64,000 bases of DNA from Polyangiaceae bacterium. GTDB lineage: Bacteria; Myxococcota_A; Polyangia; Polyangiales; Polyangiaceae. Below the pieces are notes generated by a model, which worked only from the letters and a program-made list of their open reading frames with translations, had not been told where the DNA came from and searched no databases. The stretch covers positions 319,577-383,576 of the forward strand of contig JBNKBE010000003.1 of assembly GCA_050287085.1 (NCBI GenBank), given 5' to 3'. Position numbers and translations under genes: made by a program. This document shows, in pieces, positions 57,149 to 64,000 of the stretch (within the stretch, counting starts at the first letter, position 1; each line of letters begins with the position of its first letter).

Positions 57149-58399
57149 GTGAAGAATCTGAAGCAAGGCGCAGAGCGGGACATGGGACTGGGGGATGACG
57201 CAGTGCTGGACGGCAGCGCCGAACGGGTGACCCGCGGGATGCTGGACGACGTTGCCCTAGAAGAAGGCGCGGTTCAGCCTCGGAACGCGGGCACTGGTCC
57301 AACGGGAGCTGACAGCGGGGTCGGGATGAATCGCAGCGGGGTCGAGATGAATCGCAGCGGGGTCGAGATGAATCGCAGCGATGAGATGAATCGCAGCGAT
57401 GAGATGAATCGCAGCGGCCGACATCGGCGCGCTCGGCGTGCTCCCGCTCCGCTCTCGGGGCAGGGCTTGTCTGCGGAACGCAACACCAAGGGCCACCCAG
57501 GCACGGCTGCTTTCGCCGCCAGCGGCACCTACCGCATCGAAGAATCGCGCCGCCACGAGCAGGCGCTCACCGCCGACCCGGCCCGCCCGGAGGACACAGC
57601 TGGCGCCTGGTCCGCCTGTAGCGAGTCTTACGACGTGTTTGCGCAGGCCGTCACCCTGCCTTTCGCGCAGGACGCGCTTCGGCTCGTTCACCTGACCGAC
57701 GGCCTTCAGCTGCTCGACGTTGCAGCCGGAACTGGGGTCCTGAGTCAGGAGGCGGCGCTGCGCGGGGCCCAGGTCTTGGCCACCGACTTCTCCAGCGGCA
57801 TGCTCAATAAGCTCCGACGCAACGTGGGTGCTCTGGGTTTGAATTCAATCGATACCGCCGAGATGGACGGTCAAGCGCTGAAGCTGGCCGACAACAGCTT
57901 TGACGTCGCCGCCTCCCTTTTCGGCTTGATGTTCTTTCCCGAGTTCACCCGCGGACTTGCGGAACTCCATCGCGTCCTGCGCCCCGGAGGCCGTGCGTTG
58001 GTTTCGTGCTGGGCCCCCCCCGCGCGCGTCGAGGTTATGCGCCTTATCGGCGAGGCTGCCATGTTTGCCATGGTTGACGTTCCGTGGGGTGAGGTCCCAC
58101 CGCGCTGGCTTCCCCTGAGCACGCCCCAAGGCATGACCTCCCACCTCCGGGGAGCTGGATTTGCGCACGCGCACGTGATTTCTGTGACCCACGTTTGGAC
58201 GCTTCCCTGCGCCAAGCGGCTGGCTCGCCTGCTTCCCACTATGTTGCCGGCCACGGCGGACCTCTATGCCCGCATGAACGATCGACAGAAGGAGCTCTTC
58301 ACCGAAGCATTAGAGGAGGGGTTCCGCGTGCGGCAGGCCATGGGTCCCTACGCCGTCACCAGCGAGGCCCTGATCGGGGTAGCTGCCAAGGCCCAGTAG
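57149..58399 (+). CDS. Class I SAM-dependent methyltransferase with disordered N-terminal extension (start uncertain)
   Basis: LLDVAAGTG, TDFSSGML, MDGQALKLADNSFD, FGLMFFP, RVLRPGGR. Confidence 0.85.
   Translation: MKNLKQGAERDMGLGDDAVLDGSAERVTRGMLDDVALEEGAVQPRNAGTGPTGADSGVGMNRSGVEMNRSGVEMNRSDEMNRSDEMNRSGRHRRARRAPAPLSGQGLSAERNTKGHPGTAAFAASGTYRIEESRRHEQALTADPARPEDTAGAWSACSESYDVFAQAVTLPFAQDALRLVHLTDGLQLLDVAAGTGVLSQEAALRGAQVLATDFSSGMLNKLRRNVGALGLNSIDTAEMDGQALKLADNSFDVAASLFGLMFFPEFTRGLAELHRVLRPGGRALVSCWAPPARVEVMRLIGEAAMFAMVDVPWGEVPPRWLPLSTPQGMTSHLRGAGFAHAHVISVTHVWTLPCAKRLARLLPTMLPATADLYARMNDRQKELFTEALEEGFRVRQAMGPYAVTSEALIGVAAKAQ
57313..57416. repeat. Mixed 21/18-bp coding VNTR (MNRS core x5)
   Basis: cagcggggtcg(g/a)gatgaatcg x3, then cagcgatgagatgaatcg x2. 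Confidence 0.9.
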
Positions 58400-58423
58400 G
58401 CCGCGTCCACACCCATTGACCCA

Positions 58424-58453
58424 TTTCTTGGGTGTCTGTTTCTTGGGTGTCTG
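58424..58453. repeat. 15-bp perfect tandem duplication upstream of pilT
   Basis: tttcttgggtgtctg x2. Confidence 0.9.
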
Positions 58454-58490
58454 AGCGTACATGAGTACGCTGCGCTACGGAGAAACGGCC

Positions 58491-59954
58491 ATGGCGCAAC
58501 TCGACAAGTTCATACTCGCAACCGTGCAGCAGGGAGCCAGCGAACTGCACTTGGTAGCCGATCGGGAGCCGCGAGTGCTGCTCGAGGGGCGGGAGAGCGT
58601 GCTGACCACCAAGCGCCCGACCAGTTCACAGGTCCGGCACTTGGCGTCGGAGGTGGCCCCGGACGAGGTTCGGGAGGCGCTGAGCAGCAGCGACAGCGCC
58701 CACTTCTCCTACGCGCTGGCCGGAGCACCGCCGATGCGTATCGAGGTCCTCGATTGGCGGGGTCAAACAGCCCTATTGGTGAGACTCGGGGTCGCGGGTG
58801 AGCACGCGCGCCCCCTTGAGAGCCGAACAAGCTCGACGGATGAAGACGACGTCCTGCGTCCCGTGCCCGACCCGCGCGACCGGCACGCAATAGACGCCGT
58901 CCTGCGTCTGCTCGTGCGCACCGGCTCCTCCGACTTGCACATGAGCTCCAAAGAAGTCCCCATGATCCGCAAGGATGGAGAGATGCTGAGAATCAATTCG
59001 CCGGTACTTGGACCGGATGACTTGATGCGCATGCTGCAGCCCATCGTACCGGAGAGAAACCGCGAGGAGTTTGAGCGCGACAGCGACACGGACTTCGCAT
59101 ATGCGATCGAAGGTTTGGCTCGATTCCGGGCGAATATGTTCCGCGATCGCCACGGCGTCGGAGCGGTATTCCGAACGATCCCGGCGGATATCCTCACGGC
59201 CGAACAACTTGGCTTGTCCGAGGCTATTCAGAACCTCTCCCGCCTGAGCAAAGGATTGGTCTTGGTAACGGGCCCCACCGGCAGTGGCAAGTCCACCACG
59301 CTATGCGCTTTGATCGATCTCATCAATCGCACCCGCTCCGCGCATATCATCACCATCGAAGACCCCATCGAGTTCGTTCACGAGAACAAGCTGTGTCTCA
59401 TTAACCAGCGCGAAGTCGGCGTTCATACGCAAGGATTCAAGCGAGCTCTACGCGCGGCTCTTCGTGAGGATCCAGATATCGTGCTCGTGGGCGAAATGCG
59501 GGACCTAGAAACCATCGCCATAGCCATCGAGACGGCAGAAACAGGGCACTTGGTGTTTGGCACCTTGCACACTTCCACAGCCTACTCCACGATCGATCGC
59601 ATCATCGACCAGTTTCCGCCCGATCAACAGGAGCAGATCCGAGTCATGCTCAGCGAATCGCTGAGGGGTGTTGTGAGTCAAACGCTCTGCAAGAAGGTGG
59701 GAGGCGGCAGGGTTGCGGCCCTTGAGGTGCTGCTTTCCACTCCTGCCGTGGCCAACTTGATCCGCGAGGGAAAGACCTTCCAAATCCCCTCGATCATGCA
59801 GACGAATCGCAAGATGGGCATGGTCCTGCTCAACGAGGCGCTCACCGATCTGGTAAAGGCTGGAAAGGTCGATGCCGACGAAGCGCTGCTCAAGGCCGTC
59901 GACAAACAGACGCTTAGAACCATGCTGCGCAGCGCAGGTATCAACGTGACCTGA
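58491..59954 (+). CDS. pilT: PilT-family pilus retraction ATPase with duplicated N-terminal domain
   Basis: GPTGSGKSTT, TIEDPIEF, ALREDPDIVLVGEMRD, AETGHLVFGTLHT, AVANLIRE (AIRNLIRE-like); ATG 58491 after GGAGA. Confidence 0.92.
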   Translation: MAQLDKFILATVQQGASELHLVADREPRVLLEGRESVLTTKRPTSSQVRHLASEVAPDEVREALSSSDSAHFSYALAGAPPMRIEVLDWRGQTALLVRLGVAGEHARPLESRTSSTDEDDVLRPVPDPRDRHAIDAVLRLLVRTGSSDLHMSSKEVPMIRKDGEMLRINSPVLGPDDLMRMLQPIVPERNREEFERDSDTDFAYAIEGLARFRANMFRDRHGVGAVFRTIPADILTAEQLGLSEAIQNLSRLSKGLVLVTGPTGSGKSTTLCALIDLINRTRSAHIITIEDPIEFVHENKLCLINQREVGVHTQGFKRALRAALREDPDIVLVGEMRDLETIAIAIETAETGHLVFGTLHTSTAYSTIDRIIDQFPPDQQEQIRVMLSESLRGVVSQTLCKKVGGGRVAALEVLLSTPAVANLIREGKTFQIPSIMQTNRKMGMVLLNEALTDLVKAGKVDADEALLKAVDKQTLRTMLRSAGINVT

Positions 59955-59976
59955 CTGCAGAACCAAGGACAAGGCT

Positions 59977-60984
59977 ATGCACGATCTCCACGCCCCCTAC
60001 GTCGCCGCGTCAGCGCGCTACGAAGTGATGACCTACAAGCGCTGCGGGCGCAGCGGCTTGCAGCTGCCGCGCATCAGTCTTGGCCTCTGGCACAACTTTG
60101 GCGGAGTCGATTCCTTCGCCCGCGCTCGGGAACTCGTCAGAACTGCGTTTGACCTGGGCATCACACACTTTGATCTAGCCAACAACTACGGACCGCCCCC
60201 GGGGAGTGCTGAAAGCACATTAGGCGCCCTACTGCGAAGCGATCTGGCACCCTACCGAGATGAACTGATCATTTCGACAAAAGCTGGCTACGACATGTGG
60301 CCAGGCCCGTACGGCAACTTCGGCTCGCGCAAGTACCTCATCGCCAGCCTAGACCAGAGCCTGCGGCGCCTCGGCCTAGATTACGTGGACATCTACTACC
60401 ACCACCGTCCCGACCCGCAAACGCCTCTGGCGGAAACCATGGGCGCTCTGGCCCATGCAGTGCGTTCGGGCAAGGCCCTATACGTTGGCTTATCCAACTA
60501 CAACGCCGCCGATACACGGGAGGCGGTGCAGCTGCTGCGAGCAGAAGGCGTCACCTGCCTGATTCACCAGCCGAGCTACAACATTCTCCGCCGCGACATC
60601 GAACGAGAATTGCTGGGAGAGGTCGAAGAACTCGGCCTGGGTTGCATTGCATTTTCGCCATTGGCGCAGGGCCTGCTTACCGATCGCTACCTGGAGGGGA
60701 TCCCAAGCGATTCACGTGCGGCCAACCCCGACAGCCCCTTTCTCGACGCACAATCGCTAACCCAGACGCGCGTTGAGCAGCTCAGAGGGCTCGCTGGCGT
60801 GGCGAAGGACCGCGGCCAAAGCCTGGCACAAATGTCGCTCGCCTGGATCCTGCAAAGGCCTGCGGTGACGAGCGCGCTGGTCGGGGCGAGCCAGAGCACC
60901 CAACTTAGGGACTCTGTGCAGGCTCTGGAAAACCTGACATTCAGCGAAGAAGAACTCCGTCGCATTTCGGAACTCAGCGCCTAG
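59977..60984 (+). CDS. Aldo/keto reductase, YghZ/Gpr (L-glyceraldehyde-3-phosphate reductase)-like
   Basis: SLGLWHNFG, HFDLANNYGPPPGSAE, STKAGYDMWPGPYG, FSPLAQGLLT. Confidence 0.92.
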   Translation: MHDLHAPYVAASARYEVMTYKRCGRSGLQLPRISLGLWHNFGGVDSFARARELVRTAFDLGITHFDLANNYGPPPGSAESTLGALLRSDLAPYRDELIISTKAGYDMWPGPYGNFGSRKYLIASLDQSLRRLGLDYVDIYYHHRPDPQTPLAETMGALAHAVRSGKALYVGLSNYNAADTREAVQLLRAEGVTCLIHQPSYNILRRDIERELLGEVEELGLGCIAFSPLAQGLLTDRYLEGIPSDSRAANPDSPFLDAQSLTQTRVEQLRGLAGVAKDRGQSLAQMSLAWILQRPAVTSALVGASQSTQLRDSVQALENLTFSEEELRRISELSA

Positions 60985-61095
60985 CAACCGACTTGAAACC
61001 AAGATGGCACCATCGGGGCGGCCTCACCCTTTGGGCGCGAAGCGACTCACAGGAAGTTGCACCCGAGCGGGGTGCGGTGCTAGCCGCTGGAGACG

Positions 61096-62316
61096 ATGCT
61101 CACACCTGGTCGTCTTCTTCGCGTCGCCTGGCTTGGACTGGGCCTCAGCTGTTGGCCGGCGTTGCAGACGACGGCCTGGGCAACCCCATCCAGACGCGCC
61201 GAACCGGCGCAAAGTCGCGGACGGAAAGCAACTGCAGGTACCAACAGCGTCAAGCCACCCCCGGCGCGTCCACTTCCCCCACGAGGGGCATCGCTGCCAG
61301 CCAGCTTGGCGCGCATTGGCCCGATGAGCGTGGGCCACCCCCATGAGGGATTTCTGGTGAATGCGGTAGCCATGCCGAAGGGCCCCGAGTGGCGCGTGAC
61401 CGTGCCGACCCACGGCTACGGCACCCAGGAAACCGTTGACAATCTGGCGCACTGCATCAAGGCCGTACACGCGGCGTTTCCGGATAGCCCGCCCGTGAAC
61501 CTGGGCTCCTTGAGCGCCCAACACGGCGGCCCTCTCCCGCCTCACAAGAGCCACCGCTCGGGCCGCGACGCTGATGTCTATTTTTTTAGAACACCAGGAA
61601 CAGATCGCTGGTTGCGAGCGGCGTCGGAGGACGATATCGACCTGCCACGCACCTGGGCCCTACTCCGGTGTTTCATCACCGACACCGATACCGACATGAT
61701 CCTAATCGATCAGGTGCCGCAGCGCTGGCTACGAAACTACGCCACCTCGATCGGCGAAGACCTGGCATGGTTGTCCGACGTCTTCGACGACAAGAAGGGC
61801 TACAAGTCGGCCATCGTCCGCCATATTCCGGGACATGTAGCCCACATGCACGTGCGTTTTTCCAGCCCAGAGGCGCGCCGTCTGGGTCAAAAACACTACG
61901 ACACACTGGTAGCCCAGGGTGTCATCGCTCTGCCGGAACAGGCCATCACTCACAGTGTCGTTAGAGGCGACACGCTAAGTGGTCTCGCACAGCGCTACAA
62001 GCTCACCGTCCAGCAGATCCAGAAGCTCAACGGACTGAAGGCGACGGTGATCCGGGTGGGGCAGCGACTCAAGCTCAAGGAGCGCGTCGACCTGCGCGGC
62101 GTACGCGATCCGATCTGGGTTCCACCGCGCAAGCGTGCCCCACAACGATTTGCAAGCGCTCCAGCGAACACATCGCCGTCCGTGGCGGCAACGCCGTCGC
62201 GCGCTCCGGCCGCAGCGACGCCCCCGAGCAACGCTGGTCGCTCCGCGAAAGCAACAAGAAGCCACCAAACGGAAAGTGCTCCCCCGGGTCCCCCGGTGGC
62301 GAAGCGCGACAGTTGA
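61096..62316 (+). CDS. MepA-like penicillin-insensitive murein endopeptidase with C-terminal LysM
   Basis: GFLVNAVAMP, YGT, HKSHRSGRDAD (H-x6-D), HVAHMHVR (HxH); LysM HSVVRGDTLSGLAQRY...IQKLNGL...IRVGQRL; signal peptide. Confidence 0.88.
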   Translation: MLTPGRLLRVAWLGLGLSCWPALQTTAWATPSRRAEPAQSRGRKATAGTNSVKPPPARPLPPRGASLPASLARIGPMSVGHPHEGFLVNAVAMPKGPEWRVTVPTHGYGTQETVDNLAHCIKAVHAAFPDSPPVNLGSLSAQHGGPLPPHKSHRSGRDADVYFFRTPGTDRWLRAASEDDIDLPRTWALLRCFITDTDTDMILIDQVPQRWLRNYATSIGEDLAWLSDVFDDKKGYKSAIVRHIPGHVAHMHVRFSSPEARRLGQKHYDTLVAQGVIALPEQAITHSVVRGDTLSGLAQRYKLTVQQIQKLNGLKATVIRVGQRLKLKERVDLRGVRDPIWVPPRKRAPQRFASAPANTSPSVAATPSRAPAAATPPSNAGRSAKATRSHQTESAPPGPPVAKRDS

Positions 62317-62338
62317 CGCCGGCTCTGGCTTTTCGCGA

Positions 62339-63346
62339 CTATTGCCTGCCCTTGCTATTCGTAGGGGGCGCACTGCGCTTCGCGGGCGCACTGCGCTTCG
62401 CGGGCGCACTGGGCTTCGCGGGCGCACTGGGCTTCGCGGGCGCACTGCGCTTAGACCTCCGCGTGTGGGAGGTATCGCTTGAAGGCTCGTCACCCCTCGG
62501 ACGCTGCTGGGATGAGCTTCTTTGAGGCGGCGGCTTCGAGTCTCCGCCTCGACGGCCCGCAGAATCAGTCCTAGCCTTGTCTTTGTTGGCCGGTCTCGGC
62601 TTGGGTGCTTTCGTAGGCGCTCCTGCCCCTCTCTTCTTGCTCTTGTCGCCGGGCTTGTGCGCACTCGAGCGGCCCGCCCCGCTTTCCTCCGACCTGGAGG
62701 CTCGTTCCGACTCGGCCTTCTGCCCCCTCATCTTCTTCCCTTGCGGCAAACGCACGGGAAGAGACGCTCCCGGGCGCAGAAACTCAAAATGGTAGGCGCG
62801 CGGTTCCTTGGGGGGCGCCAGGAAACGCACCACCTTGCCGGCCGCAACCGCCGCCTCGGCCGCAGCGACCAGTTTGGCCCCCTTCGCCGCGGCGATCCCT
62901 TCGCTGGGCACGTCCACGGAGTACGTCCTGTCATCCTGGACGTGATTCAGACAACCGAGCAAGCGAGCTTCCGGCAAGACCCGTTTGAGCGTGCGCAGCA
63001 TCTCAGCATGATTGGCAAGCGGCGTCGCCTTGGGTGAGTAGCGGGCGATCACGCGCTGCCCGGGTTCACAAAACATCCCCTTGGCGCCCCGTGGGTCGCG
63101 CCGAGCGAGGCGGTACATGACCCACGCCTGCTGCTCCAGCGTGCGAACCACGGAACGCAGCTCCACCTTTGTAATGCCAGCGGCGTCTAGAATTGCGCTC
63201 AACGTGGCAGCGTCCGCCGGCGACATGCTGGACGGCACCCCCCGGAGCTCCGCCGCTCTCGCGTTCTGAACGGTCGCGCCCACAAGCGCAACCAAGACGC
63301 CGAGCCACAAAGCCCAGCGCTCAAGCCGCCAACCGCACATACCCAT
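62339..63346 (-). CDS. Secreted protein with a putative M15/LAS-like Zn peptidase domain and basic low-complexity tail
   Basis: Signal peptide ending ARA/A; SVVRTLEQQAWVMY, NHVQDDRTYSVD, EPRAYHFEF; K/S/A/P-rich tail. Confidence 0.6.
   Translation of the reverse strand: MGMCGWRLERWALWLGVLVALVGATVQNARAAELRGVPSSMSPADAATLSAILDAAGITKVELRSVVRTLEQQAWVMYRLARRDPRGAKGMFCEPGQRVIARYSPKATPLANHAEMLRTLKRVLPEARLLGCLNHVQDDRTYSVDVPSEGIAAAKGAKLVAAAEAAVAAGKVVRFLAPPKEPRAYHFEFLRPGASLPVRLPQGKKMRGQKAESERASRSEESGAGRSSAHKPGDKSKKRGAGAPTKAPKPRPANKDKARTDSAGRRGGDSKPPPQRSSSQQRPRGDEPSSDTSHTRRSKRSAPAKPSAPAKPSAPAKRSAPAKRSAPPTNSKGRQ
62366..62452. repeat. 18-bp coding tandem repeat (K(R/P)SAPA, about 5 copies)
   Basis: gggcgcactg(c/g)gcttcgc units at 62366, 62384, 62402, 62420 and a partial at 62438. 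Confidence 0.9.
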
Positions 63347-63521
63347 AACCTAGTTCACTCCTACGTCGCCGCGGAGCCCCGAATTCCACTTCCGCGAAAA
63401 AGTCTAGGAATTCCGAAGAGCCACAGGCTTCAGCCCACGCCGTGGTGTCGGCCGTGCCGCCGCAATCCGTGCGCACGGATTGACCTGCTCGATTTTCCCC
63501 ACTAGCTTGCCGTCTCCGCAC

Positions 63522-63598
63522 GCGCCCGTAGCTCAGCTGGATAGAGCGTCGCCCTCCGGAGGCGAAGGTCGTAGGTTCGAATCTTACCGGGCGTGCCA
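63522..63598 (+). tRNA. tRNA-Arg (anticodon CCG)
   Basis: Acceptor GCGCCCG/CGGGCGT, D-arm GCTCAGCTGGATAGAGC, anticodon arm TCGCC-CTCCGGA-GGCGA, T-arm GTAGG-TTCGAAT-CTTAC, encoded CCA. Confidence 0.97.
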
Positions 63599-63859
63599 CC
63601 CAACTGCTTCCCTCCCGATGCCTACGGCATCGTGTGGGGCCCCGCAGTTGGGGCCCGGCCTGAATATTCCCTGCGTCCCGCTCGGGTTTTACGTCTGGTA
63701 CGGCGAGACGCTCCCGCTTCGCGGTCGCTTACCTGTGACGCCTAGCGCCGTTTCGGGGGAGCGGGACGCCCTGACCTAGAGCCTTCTCGGACACCCTTCG
63801 GGACTTGCCCGGTAGACCCCTCCCTAATAGGGCGCGCCGGCGGAGACGTGCGGGGGCGC

Positions 63860-63935
63860 TCGCTCGCCCTGCGGGCATCGCGCACTGGACTGACGGCGCG
63901 GAGAGGGTCGCTTGCCCTGCGGGCATCGCGCACTG
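63860..63935. repeat. Two direct copies of a 27-bp REP-like element
   Basis: cgct(c/t)gccctgcgggcatcgcgcactg at 63860 and 63909; a related hairpin cgatgcctacggcatcg at 63616. Confidence 0.7.
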
Positions 63936-64000
63936 CTCTCACGACTTCGAGAGTCGGCGCTGGCTACGTCTTGGTGCGGGGCGCGCGCCCTCCCGGATTT

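Noticed and set aside
57313..57416. Repeat cluster as a mini CRISPR array
   Set aside because: Units are contiguous with no unique spacers, are in frame within a CDS, and no cas genes are present.
62366..62452. 18-bp partly palindromic repeats as CRISPR or iterons
   Set aside because: No spacers; they encode the PAK(R/P)SA tail of the minus-strand protein.
63321..63599. 92-aa minus-strand ORF MARPVRFEPTT...
   Set aside because: It is the antisense reading of the tRNA-Arg gene.
63636..63820. Assignment as 6S RNA or a known riboswitch
   Set aside because: Size is compatible with 6S, but I could not match diagnostic motifs or typical gene context; kept only as an unnamed candidate.
1..64000. 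Mobile elements or prophage
   Set aside because: No transposase, integrase, phage structural gene or terminal-repeat pair was recognised.

Overview
High-GC (roughly 65% by eye) chromosomal DNA, most likely from a myxobacterium (Polyangiales/Sorangiineae-like), judged from the Cys-rich ExCDDGN repeat lipoproteins, FHA-rich pilus genes and a zinc-ribbon/Pro-rich membrane protein. The main accessory feature is a 17-kb divergently organised Tad/Flp (type IVc) pilus locus at 7829-24951. Its minus-strand arm is a tightly coupled 10-gene machine operon: cpaB, cpaC secretin, FHA-fused cpaF, tadB, tadC, degenerate FHA-TM protein, TPR lipoprotein, a second intact cpaF, a disordered TM-TPR protein and a lipoprotein. 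Its plus-strand arm encodes two Flp-type pilins, a prepilin peptidase, two TadE-like proteins, a large Cys-rich TadG-like protein and an accessory protein. No tadZ/cpaE is recognisable. The two motors, the intact FHA domain and repeated T-x-x-M motifs in the co-encoded disordered protein suggest a phospho-regulated, dual-motor Tad machine, reminiscent of the predatory Kil system (inference). Other notable items: two fibro-slime/Cys-repeat lipoproteins (one with a predicted disulfide-stapled coiled-coil insertion), a cNMP-binding/CPBP protease fusion, a PilT with a duplicated N-terminal domain, a convergent pair of putative peptidoglycan Zn-peptidases, a WYL remnant, and tRNA-Arg(CCG) followed by a structured non-coding tract. 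Housekeeping genes include fabB/F, nspC with its dehydrogenase, HU, ybgC, yigZ, pyrF, a MacAB-like ABC exporter, guaB and tyrS. No CRISPR array, transposase or integrase was seen. All calls come from motif reading only; no database searches were run.
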